From Malacoraja senta (taxonomy: Eukaryota): a DNA stretch of 64,000 bases. Where the stretch lies: positions 62,001 to 126,000 of the forward strand of contig JAXLNO010000043.1 of assembly GCA_038087875.1 (NCBI GenBank), read 5' to 3'. The notes beneath the pieces were generated by a model. It was given only the letters and a program-made list of their open reading frames with translations. It did no database searches and was not told where the DNA came from. Shown in pieces: positions 1-12,630 of this stretch (position 1 is its first letter; every line of letters begins with the position of its first letter). The translations under genes and the position numbers were made by a program.

Positions 1-169
1 TACAGAATCACATTTACTAGCACTTGGTCCACAGAGTATTAAGCCTTGGCCCTATCTCTTTTAAAGAAGGTGATATTTTTGAAGCGGTGTAGAATCAGAA
101 GTGCAGGTTTATTACTCGAATCAAGTGGCTGTGAAACGACGGCCGATTGACGAGATCCGCTACATTGGT

Positions 170-580
170 AAGCAGAACATCGATGCAACATCCAAGAAGG
201 CACATCAATGCCTCTAATTCATGAGGAGACGGTGTAAGTTTGACATGTCTCCAGCGACTCTTACATACTTCTCGGGATGTACCGTAGAAAGCACATTGTC
301 GAGTTCCATCAGAGACTGATTGGGAACGAGTCTCCCAAGACCTCGAGATTTTGCAGAGTTATTAACGCTGCCCAATCCATCACACAAACCAGACGTCCCA
401 CCATTGACTCCATGTACACTTTAAAAAAAAACATCGAACGTAATCAGACCTGTCCAGACCGGTCAGTTCTTCTTTCCCGCCTGAAGCCCCGCACAACGTA
501 CATAAGTTTGAAAGTGAGCACCACCGGATTAAGGAATAACTCATTTCCCTCCGTTAACAGGTTTCCAAACGGTCCCTCCT
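170..580 (+). mobile_element. Degenerate Rex1/Babar-type LINE 3' fragment
   Basis: Decayed homology to the Rex1-like RT C-terminus and 3' end, also seen at 1790-2340 and 23500-23900 (e.g. 'gcccaatccatcacacaaaccagac', 'gagcaccaccggattaaggaataac'). Confidence 0.55.
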
Positions 581-996
581 AGGACTAGTGTACTCTTCAA
601 TTCGCTTCTCCCCCATTGCGGATATGAGACATTGTCTCAGTAGCTGATGCACTACAATCCTGCGAACTATATTGTGCACTCTGTATCTTCCACATTGGTC
701 TATCTATTGTTATAGACTCATCGAGTCGTACGGCATGGTAACGGGACTTTCAACCCATCTTGCCCAGGCGGACCAATGTGCCCTACTGCACCAGTCACTC
801 ACACCCACCTTTCGGCCACATTACTCGACATCGTTCCTATTCATGAGGCAGTCTAATTGTCTTTGAACGTCTGTCATATTTTCCGGCGCAACCACTTACT
901 TCCCGTGCAGAGATGGAGTCAATATTTATCTGCGGTGGAAGAGGCTGTCAAAGGAACAACAATTGAGGAGATCCTCCACTCTGTGCAGGTTGGAAG

Positions 997-2340
997 ATGA
1001 TATATTCCAAACTCCTGGACCGAGGGATCGCCTCCCCGCTCTATCACCGGATGCTCAATTTTAGCTCCGACAGCACACAATTAATAAGGATAAGTGACAC
1101 CTACTCAACAATAACCTCGAAGACTGGAGCATCGCAAGGATCCGTTCTCAGTTCGCTACTGCACCACCTTTACACTCGCGACCGTAAGGCCATATTAAGC
1201 ATTGGCTATGAATTTGCAGAAGACATCATTGTGAATGAATGAATGAATGATTGAATAAGTTTATTGGCCAAGTATTCACATACCAGGAATTTGCCTTGGT
1301 GCTCCGCCCGCAAGTGACAACGACTTGCAGTGACAATTAGGAATGGCACATAAAGCATTGAACATTAATAATAAAACATTATAGTTTAACCATGTGAATT
1401 AAATAAAATAGCAGAGCAAAAGGAAGCTACAGATTTTTGGTTATTGAGTAGAACTACCACTCGTGGAAAAACCTGTTTTTATGCCTGGCTGTGACAGCTT
1501 TGACAGTCCGGAGTCTCCTTCCAGAGGGAAGTGGTTCAAAGAGATTGTGGCCAGGGTAACAGGGGTCAGAGATGATCTTACCCGGTCGCTTCCACGAGTA
1601 GTAGCTCTACTCAATGGTCGAATGACGGGCAATGGCGGAGCGGAGTACAAGAAGAGGATAGTGAGTTTATTGACACGTTGTCGTGACAATGTCCCCTCTT
1701 TCAGCAAGCCGAAGCAGATAGTTTTTGACCTCAGGAAGCAATGTAGAATATTTGCCCTAATCTGCATCAATGGCACATTGATGTGTAACCCACGAAGGCA
1801 CACCATCGTCTCTACTTTATTAGGAGACTGGGAAAATTGGCATGTCTACAGTGATTCTTATTCAACTTCTAGAGATGGAGCATAGAAAGCATATTACCCG
1901 GTTGGATTACATTGTGGTTTCGATGCAGATCTGACAAGACCGGGAGAATTTGGAGAGAGTTGTAAATGTAGCCCAATCCATCATGTAGACCTGACGTCAC
2001 ACCATTGTCTCCATCTACACTTCACGCTTCTTCGGGAAAAAATGACCCAACATCATCAAAGATGTCTAAATCGGGTCAGTTCTTCTTGCCTGTTCTCTTA
2101 TCTACCAGAACGTACAGAAGGTTCAAAGCGCACATCACAGCGGAATGGCTTACTTTCCATCGTTATCGAGCTTCTGCCCGATCCCTCCTTATGCCAGGAT
2201 ACTGTTCGATTCGTATTTTCCCCCATCGTAATCAAAGACATGTTAAGACCCGGTCAGTTTTGCTTTCCCCTACCCAAGTCCTGAAGAAGGAACAGAAGAT
2301 TGAGAGCGAGCACCAACGGATTAAGCATTAGCTTATTTTT
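997..2340 (+). mobile_element. Degenerate Rex1/Babar LINE RT fragment interrupted by a nested insertion
   Basis: Remnant peptides TGASQGSVLSSLL...YT and FAEDIIV|GRMTGNGGAEYKK (FADDTTVVG motif), then KPKQIVFDLRK. The reading continues across the 1233-1615 insert. Confidence 0.65.
1233..1615 (-). mobile_element. Nested 5'-truncated LINE 3' end with (ATTC)n tail
   Basis: (gaat)n at 1233-1257 followed by 'tttatt' (AATAAA on the minus strand). It splits the host RT motif. Confidence 0.6.
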
Positions 2341-3227
2341 CACCATTACGAGGCTTCTGAACTGTCCCTCTGTAGATGAGTGTACAGTTCAATTCGTTTC
2401 TACCGCATTGCGGATATTGGAAATTGTCTAAGTAACTGATGCACGAAAATACACACCAATGCTGCCAACTATATTCTGTATTCTGCATCTTCCACGTTGC
2501 TCTATCTTATTTCATAAAATCATCGAATCCCACAACATGGTAATGGGACTTTCTACCCAGCTTGCCCATGCCGACCAATGTGCCCCATCTACACGAGTCA
2601 CTCCTATCCACCTTTCGCCCACATCCCTATAAATCATTCCTATCCATGCAGCAGTCCAACTGCCTTTGACAGATGCCCTAATAAATGCCGCAAATACCTC
2701 ATATGTCAACTCATTCTCTATGTAAATCAGTATACCCACTACTCTATGTGCTCGAGTTGTAACTAAATCTGTATATATATGGTATATCTAGTGTGTCTGG
2801 ATTGCACGCAAAACAAAGCTTTTTACTTTGGCTTGGGTCATGCAACAATAAACATAAAACTGAAGCTGATATTTGAACGCCTCTCCTCTTAATTGTTTAC
2901 AACATCGCGATCCCAGCGGGATGTCTCATTGCATCATCCACTGCTCCAGACGAGACATTCTGCAAACTTCAATCATATTTTTGCAAACATTTGTTGCTTT
3001 GTGATTTTACAAAACTCAAGTTATCCAACTGCACTTGTCCAGTTCTACGGAGAACGGATTTATGCAGTGGCTTGAGCAAATGTTGTTCACTCTCACAAAT
3101 ACACGGACAATTCAGGTGTTGATGGGAATAACCAACAATATTCAGCATGATCTTCTAAGTAATTAAATATATTCGGCATTCTGTATCTTCCTTCTCGCTC
3201 CATCTGCAGGGCTTTAAACGGTTGTAG

Positions 3228-3368
3228 TTTAAGAGAGAATTAGATTTAGCTCTTACGGCTAAGGGAATCAGGGGATATGGGGAAAAGCCAGAACGGGTTA
3301 ATGATTTTGGATGATCATCTTGAATGGCCGAATGGCCTACTCCTGCACCTATTTTCTATGTTTCTATA
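3228..3368 (+). mobile_element. CR1 LINE 3' end fragment
   Basis: 'ggccgaatggcctactcctgcacctattttctatgtttctat' matches the CR1 termini at 30980-31029 and 36430-36485. Confidence 0.8.
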
Positions 3369-3380
3369 CATCTGTATATA

Positions 3381-6300
3381 ATAATAATAATAATAATAAT
3401 AATACATTTTATTTGTATAGCGCTTTTCAAGGACTCAAAGTCGCTTTACATGGAGAGTCAAGAACAAAATAAAATATAACAAAAAAGGGGAGTAAGACAG
3501 AGATGCAAAGGGGAGGGGGACATGGGACTAAGGGTATGCAGAGGTGAAGAGATGGGTCTTGAGGCGGGACTGGAGGATGGTGAGGGACTCAGAATTTCGG
3601 ATCAATTGTGGGAGGGAGTTCCAGAGACTGGGAGCTGCCCTGGAGAAGGTTCTGTCTCCAAAAGTGCAGAGGTTGGATTTCGGAATGGAGAGGAGACCGG
3701 CTGGTATGGATCTGAGGGACCGTGAGGGTTGGTAGGGGGAGAGGAGGCCTGTGAGATAAGGGGGGGGGGCAAGTGGTTGAGGGCTTTGTACGTGAGGACC
3801 AGGATTTTGTAGATGATCCGGTGGGAAATGGGAAGCCAGTGAAGTTCTTTGAGAACTGGGGTGATGTGTTGCCAGGATTTGGTGTGAGTGATGAGTCGGG
3901 CGGCTGCATTCTGGACCAGTTGGAGTCGGTTGATGTTGCTGGAATTAATGCCAAAGAGAAGAGAGTTACAGTAGTCCAGTCGGGAGGAGATGAAGGCATG
4001 GATGAGTCTTTCAGCAGCGGGGGGTGTGAGAGAGGGTCTGATTTTGGCAATGTTGCGGAGGTGAAAAAATGATGTTTTGACAACATGGCGGATGTGAGGC
4101 TCAAGGGAGAGGGTTGAGTCAAAGATCACGCCAAGGTTGCGGGCCTGAGGAGATGGGGAGACAGTGGTGCCGTCAATAGTGAGAGTGGGGTTGTTAATTT
4201 TGGTAAGTGTTGATTTGGAGCCAATGAGGAGATATTCTGTTTGGTTACTGTTTAAATTAAGGAAGTTGAGTTGCATCCAAGATTTGATGGCTGACAGGCA
4301 GGAGTTGATATGGGAGAGAGGGGGGTGATGGGGAACTTAGTGCTGAGATAGATCTGGGTGTCATCAGCATAGCAATGGAAGTCCAGGTTGAAGTGACGGA
4401 GTATATGACCAAGGGGGAGGATGTAGATGATGAAGAGGAGGGGACCGAGAACGGAGCCTGGGGAACGCCTTGAATGACAGTGGCTGTGGCAGAGGTGTGG
4501 TTATGGAGAGAGATGAAGTGGGATCGGTTGGAAAGGTAGGAACGGAGCCAGCTGAGTGCAGAACCTTCAATGCCAATGCCTTTAAGTCTGGTAAGCAGGA
4601 TGTTATGGTTCACGGTATCGAAGGCTGCACTCAGGTCGAGGATGATGAGCATGTTGAGGGAACCAGTGTCAGCAGAGGTGAGGAGGTCGTTGAGGATTTT
4701 CAGGAGAGCAGTTTCTGTGCTATGGAGGGGGCGACAGCCAGGTTGGAGGGGTTCGAATAGGTTATACGCGAGGAGGTGGGAATGAAGTTGTGGCGCGACG
4801 ATACACTCCAGGGTTTTTGAAAGAAAGGGGAGGTTTGAGATTGGGCGGTAGTTAATGAGAGAGGAGGGATCAAGACCAGGTTTCTTTAAGATTGGTGTGA
4901 CAGCAGCAGTTTTGAAAGCAGAGGGGACAATTCCTTGGGACAATGAGGAGTTGAAGAGATTAGTGAGGTAGGGGCAGAGAGCGGGGAGGCAGGACTTCAG
5001 CAGGGGAGAGGGGAGAGGGGAGAGGGAGCAAGTAGTGGGTTTGGAAGAGCTGATGAGTTTGGAGATTTCAGTAGGGGTGACTGGGTCAAAGTGGGAGAGG
5101 AAGCAGTGTGGAGGAGGGGTAAGGAGGTCAGTGGAGATGTTGAAAGGAGGGGCCTTGGTAGGTGGTGGAGTAGATGCTGGGGATTCGGGTACAGGGGATA
5201 AACATTGATAGATGGTGCTGATTTTGTCAGCGAAAAAGTGGAGGAATGAGTTGCAGAGATCCGGAGTAGAGGTACGGAGAGTGTTGGCTCGAGGCTTGAG
5301 GAGGTTGCCCACTGCGGAGAAGAGGGTTCTGTGGTTTAGGCAGGGGTCGGTGAATATGGATGAGAGGTAGGCAGATTTTGCAGCAATGAGGGCATCTTTG
5401 TAGGCAGTGAGGTGGAGTTTGTAAGCTTCATGGTGGACTGTGAGAGATGATTTCTTTGTGAGTCGTTCGTCGGCGACCTGTCTGTTTCAGCTTACGAAGT
5501 GCACGTGTGTACCAGGGTGAAGATGTGTTAAAAGTTACGGTTCTTATTTTGAGGGGGCCAGAGTGTTAAGCGAGGTAGACAAGGTGGAGTTGAGATTGTT
5601 TGTGAGTTCATCAGGTGAGTTGTGGGTTGAGTCCAGGGGGAGAGTGGTGGACAGCAGGTCAGAGAGATGGTGGGGTTCGATGGATTTTAGATTACGGAAG
5701 GTGCTTTCTCGGAGGAAGCGGGGGCGAGGTGTCGGAGAAGGGATGGTGAACCGTATGAGCTTATGATCAGAGAGGGGAAGAGGCATGGATGGAGGTCGAG
5801 TACCGGTTGATTTGTGGAGCAGACCAGGTCAAGGATGTGACCTTTGTCATGAGTGGGAAAGGTGACGTGCTGAGTGAGAGAGAAGTTGTCAAGTGAAAAA
5901 GCGAATTCAGATGCGAGCTTGCAGGTGGGGGAGTCCATATGAATATTTAAGTCACCAAGTAGCAGCAGAAGTGGGGAGAGAGATGAGGCAAGTGTGAGGA
6001 GTTCCGTGAAGTCATATAGGAAGGAGAGGTTTGGTTTAGGTGGCCGGTAAATGAGGATGACTATCATGGAGGAAAGGGCTTTGAAGGCAAGGAATTCAAA
6101 TGATGCTACTGGGGGGAGGGGGGGTTCAGCGATCGGAAAGTTCTGGTTGAAAATAACAGCGAGGCCGCCTCCATGGCGGGAGGGGCGGGGTTTGGAGATG
6201 TAATTAAATCCAGGTGGGGATGCTTGATTGAGGGAGAAGAAGACATTGGGTTGTTGCCAGGTTTCAGTGAGCAGAAGGAAGTCAAGAGTGTTGTCAAGGA

Positions 6301-7245
6301 TTAGTTCTTGGAGGGCAAGGGCTTTGTTGTTGAGCGACCGGGTGTTGAGGAGGGCAACGTTGGCATTGTGAGAGGGTGGAGGCATGGGGGCAGGCTGGAG
6401 AGATCTGAGGTTGTCCCAGTTGACAGTGCATGTGGTCAGCTGGGATGGGGAGTGACGCGGTTGAGGCGGGGCAGAGCGTGGTAGTGAGCAGATGGATGGA
6501 ATGGAATGTCCGTGGCCGAAGCAAACAAGCTGGCGTCGAGAGCCTCTGTGGATGTAATGGGGTCGACACAGAAGTCCAAGTTGTTTAGTGATTGGGATGC
6601 AGGATGGGGTGTGATTGTTGAAGAGACCGGTCAGCCGCAGAGCCGAGTATTTGAGCATGATGAGGAGCCCGAGCAACTGCAGGAAGCAGCAGAGAGCTTG
6701 TCCACGGTGAGGGCGCTGAGAGTTGTCCAGCAGAGAAGGCGAAGAGGGGTGTCCAGCAGCGAGGGCGCAGAGAGGCGTCCAGCGGTGCAGGTGGAAAGAG
6801 TATCCAGCGGTGAGGGAGCAGAGAGGCCGTCCAATAGAGCGGGTGCAGCGAGGTGTCCAGCAGTGAGGGAGCAAAGAGGCCGTCCAGCAGTGCAGGTGCA
6901 GCGAGGCGTCCAGCAGTGCAAGGGCAGAGAGGCTGTCCAGCGGTGCGGGTGCAGAGAGGATCCAGCGTCGCTGGTGCAGGGAGGTGTCCAGCGTCGATGG
7001 TGCATAGACAGGTAACAGACAGTTTACAAAAGAGGGGGGAATGGCGGGGGGAGAAGCGGCGAAAAATCAACTGCCAGCTGAAGATCGTTCCACGGCCAGA
7101 AACGGCCAAACGCCGCAGGCCACCGCAATCGGAGCGTCCCTCGAGTGGTCCCTCGTCGGGTGGTAGGTCCAGGCCTGGTCCGAGGTGGAAATTTACCGCA
7201 GTCGGCAATTGAAGCCGACTCGCTATCAGGAGTCGCCACCATTTT
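3381..7245 (-). mobile_element. Near full-length L2-clade LINE (APE endonuclease + RT), frameshifted
   Basis: APE motifs LLNTRSL, LTETW, IYRPPK, GDLNIH, HDKGHILDLV (5687-6874). RT motifs NYRPISNLPFLSK, LDLSAAFDTV, GVPQ (4257-5312) and ARNLGVIFD, SRLDYCNSLL, LHWLP (3602-4276). 3' end 'aaagcgctatacaaataaaatg(tat)n' at ~3381-3430. Confidence 0.92.
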
Positions 7246-8599
7246 GTAAAAGTATATGGCATATCTGAACTGTACCTTGAAATATCTGTCAATAATAACC
7301 AAGCCTAACCTCAGCTAAACGAATGATCTGACATAAGTACCAACTATGATCAGAGAGGGATACTCGTACGATGATGGCTACTATGATTGTCCATGTAACA
7401 CCAACAGTATTGATATACAAGAGGTGTTGAATGGGGGTGAACAAATGTGAAGACAAGGTGTGAAGTGGGCACAAGGGGAAGAACTCAGTAAAACACATGA
7501 TACTTTATCGTGGACCGTATTAATGACCGTCCATCTGCAATACAGGAGGAAAACATAATATAGTCAGAAGACTCAGATAACATCCGTCCAGGCAGAAAAA
7601 ATATATGATGTCAGAAGTGAATGATCTTAACACAAGTTCAAACCATGTACCCAGCATTCTCTATTTGTGTCAAGTCTTCCCTTCAGGTTCCTTGTAAATC
7701 TTGCTGCTCTCACATTAAACCTATGAAATCTGCCTTTTGAGTCTCAATCCTGGGGGAAATGCCCTGCATTCAGCCTATCTATTCCTCTCATGATTTTATA
7801 CACCTTCATATCATCACCCCTCAGTCTCCTTCGCTCCCGGGAATAAATTTCTCACCTCTCCCTGCAGCTCGGTCACACAAGGAAAGAGTAGTGCAGTCGT
7901 GCTGTGTTAATGCTATCCAACAACTGAATCGCATTTTCCAGCGCTTGGGCCGCAGAGTATTATGCCTTAGCCCTCTCTCTCTCTTAAAGAAGGTGATGCT
8001 TCCCTTTGAAGCGGTGTAGAGACAGAAGTGGCGATTTATCCCTCGCATCAAGTGGCTGTGAAACGACCAATAATTGACCAGATCCTCTACTCTGTGCAGT
8101 TGGTGAGAACAACAAGTCAGTAATTGACGCCGATATGTGGGAGTTTGCGAGGCCCCGAAAGGATGGAGCTTCAGAGCATTAAACAACGGGTATATGGATG
8201 GTTAAGTTAGCATCAGATGATCAGAATATGAATTCACTTTGGAGTGACTGAGATGTGATGTAATTTACTCTCTCGAATATATCTGAATCTCGAGTACCCT
8301 CTACCCCAGAACAACAGTGGTGCCCATTTATTAAATACAAACAGGGTTGGAGCGAAGCTACTTGTGGCCAATAGGAAACTGAAGACCAATGTGACCAGGT
8401 AGGAAATAGAACTTGAGACCAGGATAAGAATGATAATTATGATATTAAATGTCTGAACAGGCTTGAGATTGGCATTGTGTGTGTGGCCGTGTGTAGCTGT
8501 GTCCACAGTCGGGGTTGGGGGGGGTTGTCATCTCCGAACTCCAGGAACTAGGAATGTGATCTGCCCTCTGCCACTGCTTCCTCGTCTCTACGGCCCACG

Positions 8600-9190
8600 G
8601 ACCTCAGTCAGTGACGATAGATGACAACATCTCCTCCATAATAACTCTCAACACCGGCGCCCTGCAAGGATGATTTTTCAGTCCCCAACGATACTCTCTT
8701 TACACATTTCGTCCACAGGTTTGCTGACGACACCACTGTGATGGGCCGGATCAGGAACAATGAGGAGACAGAGTTCAGGAAAGTGATAGTGGACTTACAG
8801 ACATTGCGTCAGAAAAATAACCGACCGCTCAATGTCTTCAAGACGAAAGGGGTAGTAATTAACTTCTGGAAGCCTAGGGGAAGGCATGACCGAGTTACGG
8901 ACAATAACGATACGGAGTACAAGAAGGAGATTGAGAACTTAGTGACTTGGTGTCAGGACATTAACATCTCCGTCAATGTCAGCAAGGCGAAGGAGCTGGC
9001 TATTGACTTGGGGAAAGATGGTGGAGTTGATGCCCTAATCTGCATCGATGGAACGGAAATGAAAATTGTTGAGAGGTCATGTTGCTTGGCGTTAATCTTA
9101 TCAACAATATGTTGGGGAGCAATCACTTTCATGCGACACTCAAGACGTCACACCTACACCTTTACTTCAGGAGGAGACTGGGAAAAATAA
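8600..9190 (+). mobile_element. Rex1/Babar RT fragment (unit 1; copies at ~13990-14576 and ~19380-19951)
   Basis: 'tttgctgacgacaccactgtgatgggccggatc' = FADDTTVMGRI; ENLVTWCQDINISVNVSKAKELAID. Confidence 0.8.
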
Positions 9191-9227
9191 TAAACCTGAA
9201 CCTAAAGCTAAAACATAATGCGCCGCG

Positions 9228-9655
9228 TATCAGATTCGGATTCAGATTCAGATTCAACTTTATTGTCATTGTGCAGTGTACAGTACAGAGACAACGAAAT
9301 GCAGTTAGCATCTCCCTAGAAGAGCGATATAAATATGAGCAGTAAATAAATAAATCTAATGAATCCTGGTGGGAGGAGTGTCCGGTGGGGGGGTGGGGTG
9401 ATTGGCAGTCACCGAGGTACAGTGGTGAGTAGTGTAACCGCCGCAGGGAAGAAGCTGTTCCTGAACCTGCTGGTCCGGCAACGGAGAGACCAGTAGCGCC
9501 TCCCGGATGGTAGGAGGGTAAACAGTCTGTGGTAGGGGTGAGAGCAGCCCTTGGCGATGCTGAGCGCCCTTCGCAGTCATCGCTCGCTTTGGACAGACTC
9601 AATGGTGGGGAGTGAGGAACCGGTGATGCCTTGGGCAATTTTCACCACCCTCTGC
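9228..9655 (-). mobile_element. Rex1-type LINE 3' end with (CTGAAT)n tail (copies at ~14614-15040 and ~19989-20415)
   Basis: (cagatt)n tail next to 'ctttattg'. The minus strand contains remnants of the typical LLPSGRRY...RFRNSFFP C-terminus. Confidence 0.7.
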
Positions 9656-11095
9656 AGTGGTGAAAATCATAGCTACTTACAACAACACAAACCCAGCTGT
9701 ATGTCTCAGAGCTTGTAGAAGGAATGCATCATCCATCGTTGTGCACCTCGGCACAGTTAATGAATATATTTTGCACAAATTGCTCGTTTTGTGTTTTTAC
9801 AGAAGTCGAATTCCACAAATGCACTGTGCATTTCCAAGGAGAACGGGATGATGCAATACTGGTAGATAATATAGAGTCATGGTGTCAATGAATCATACAG
9901 TGTGGAAACTGGCCTTTGGTCCCATTTGCCCGCACCCACAAACATGTCCCATCCACACGACTCCCCCAGGCGTGCGTTTGGCGCGTGTTACTCTAAACCT
10001 GCCCTATTCATGTACCTATCCAAATATTTCAAACGTTGCGATAGTACGTGCCGCAGCTCTCTGCTCTGGCCGCTGGTTGCATGGACTCTCTCCCCTTTTT
10101 TAAATGTTTTATCCATCATGTTCCTATTAAATATTTCTCCCTTACCTTAAATCTATATACTCTGTTTTTCGATTCGCCTATTCTGTGCAGGGTTCTCCGC
10201 GACCTATTATTCTCATGGTTTTGTACACAAATGTTCATATTTACAAATACATTCAGGATTTGATGGAAATAATAACAATATTGGTATGGCCTTCTGCATC
10301 ATCAAATATATCATTTGATTCTGTATCTCCACCGTGTTTTTAATCGTAATGGATTCCTCGCCAACAGTCTCTCGTCCTTTCACTGTTTTATTTTATTTTA
10401 AATATGTCTTAAATGTATGTTTCAATGTTTCTTGCTGTGTTTTATGTAGGGGTGCGGGGGGGGATGATGGGACACTTTTTTCAGTCACTTACCTCGACGG
10501 AGATGGGAGTTTTCTCCGTGTCGCATCTCCGTCCCCCCTGCGGCCTAACAACATGGAGTGGCACGACCCGGAGCCTCGAGCCGCCGGCGCGGCGTAGACT
10601 TATCGAGGAGCGTGCGATCCTTTGCCGAGGATCGCCAGCGAAAGTGCTCCTATGGCGGGGACTGTGGACTTCAACATCGTCTAGCCGCGGTCTCCGGTAA
10701 GAAGAGGCCGAGTGGGGAGCTCCATGCCGCGAATATTCCGATTTGTCCCGACGCTGGAGTTTCGATCATCCCGACGCTGGAGGTTCGATCATCCCGACGC
10801 GAGTTTGAATTGATTATGTCCATGTATTGTAGGTCTCATCTGAGTGGATCGCATGCAAAACCGCGCGTTTCACTGTACCTCGGCATGTAATAATAATAAA
10901 TATAGCCTAACCCAAGGCAAACCTAATGATTGGAGATAAGTAATAACTGTGATCAGAGCGGGTCTATTGGTAATATGATGGGGACAAAGAATGTCCACGT
11001 GACACACCCGGTTTTGCTGTACAAGAGAAGTAAAATTCCTCGTATGTTACAAAACCCCTCCTCGCGTATAACCTATTCGAACCCCTCCAACCTGG

Positions 11096-12630
11096 TGATT
11101 TCTCGGAGGAAGCGGGGGCGAGGTGTCGGAGAAGGGATGGTGAACCGTATGAGCTTATGATCAGAGAGAGGGAAGAGGCATGGATGGAGGTCGATTTGTG
11201 GAGCAGACCAGGTCAAGGATGTGGCCTTTGTCATGAGAGGGAAAGGTGACGTGCTGAGTGAGAGATAAGTTGTCAAGTGAAAAAGCGAATTCAGATGCGA
11301 GCTTGCAGGTGGGGGATTCCATATGAATATTTAGGTCACCAAGTAGCAGCAGAAGTGGGGAGAGAGATGAGGCAAGTGTGAGGAGTTCCGTGAAGTCAGA
11401 TAGGAAGGAGAGGTTTGGTTTAGGTGGCCGGTAAATGAGGATGACGGTCATGGAGGAAAGGGCTTTGAAGGTGAGGAATTCAAATGATGCTACTGGGGGG
11501 AGGGGGAGTTCAGCGATCGGAAAGTTCTGGTTGAAAATATCAGCGATGCCACCTCCATGGCGGGAGGGGCGGGGTTTGGAGATGTAATTAAATCCAGGTG
11601 GGGTTGCTTGATTGAGGGAGAAGAAGACATTGGGTTGTTGCCAGGTTTCAGTGAGCAGATGGAAGTCAAGAGTGTTGTCAAGGATTAGTTCATGGAGGGC
11701 AAGGGCTTTGTTGTTGAGCGACCGGGTGTTGAGGAGGGCAAAGTTGGCATTGTGAGAGGGTGGAGGGATGGGGGCAGGCTGGAGAGATCTGAGGTTGTCC
11801 CAGTTGACAGAGCATGTGGTCAGCTGGGATGGGGGGTGACGCGGTTGAGGCGGGGCAGAGCGTGGTAGTGAGCAGATGGATGGAATGGAATGTCCGTGGC
11901 CGAAGCAAACAAGCTGGCGTCGAGAGCCTCTGTGGATGTAATGGGGTCGACACAGAAGTCCAAGTTGTTTAATGATTGGGATGCAGGATGGGGTGTGATT
12001 GTTGAAGAGACCGGTCAGCCGCAGAGCCGAGTATTTGAGCATGATGAGGAGCCCGAGCAACTGCAGGAAGCAGCAGAGAGCTTGTCCACGGTGAGGGCGC
12101 TGAGAGGTGTCCAGCAGAGAAGGCGAAGAGGGGTGTCCAGCAGCGAGGGCGCAGAGAGGCGTCCAGCGGTGCAGGTGGAAAGAGTATCCAGCGGTGAGGG
12201 ATCAGAGAGGCCGTCCAATAGAGCGGGTGCAGCGAGGTGTCCAGCAGTGAGGGAGCAAAGAGGCCGTCCAGCAGTGCAGGTGCAGCGAGGCGTCCAGCAG
12301 TGCAGGAGCAGAGAGGCTGTCCAGCGGTGCGGGTGCAGAGAGGATCCAGCGTCGCTGGTACAGGGAGGTGTCCAGCGTCGATGGTGCATAGACAGGTAAC
12401 AGACAGGTTACAAAAGAGGGGGGGAATGGCGGGGGGAGAAGCGGCGAAAAATCAACTGCCAGCTGAAGATCGTTCCACGGCCAGAAACGGCCAAACGCCG
12501 CAGGCCACCGCAATCGGAGCGTCCCTCGAGTGGTCCCTCGTCGGGTGGTAGGTCCAGGCCTGGTCCGAGGTGGAAATTTACCGCAGTCGGCAATTGAAGC
12601 CGACTCGCTATCAGGAGTCGCCACCATTTT
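11096..12630 (-). mobile_element. Duplicated 5' part of the L2 (APE domain only), unit 2
   Basis: ORF 11161-12060 has the same APE motifs as 5687-6874 and is cut at the duplication junction. Confidence 0.9.

Noticed and set aside
2990..3150. Block Z as a GPCR TM1 remnant (IVGIPIN on the minus strand)
   Set aside because: It needs an assumed frameshift, and no DRY- or NPxxY-like motifs were found downstream.
7987..8102. Plus-strand exon (ttaaag|...cagttg|gtgaga)
   Set aside because: It has stops in the frames tried and the acceptor is not convincing across copies. Minus-strand splice signals fit the module better, although the strand is not proven.
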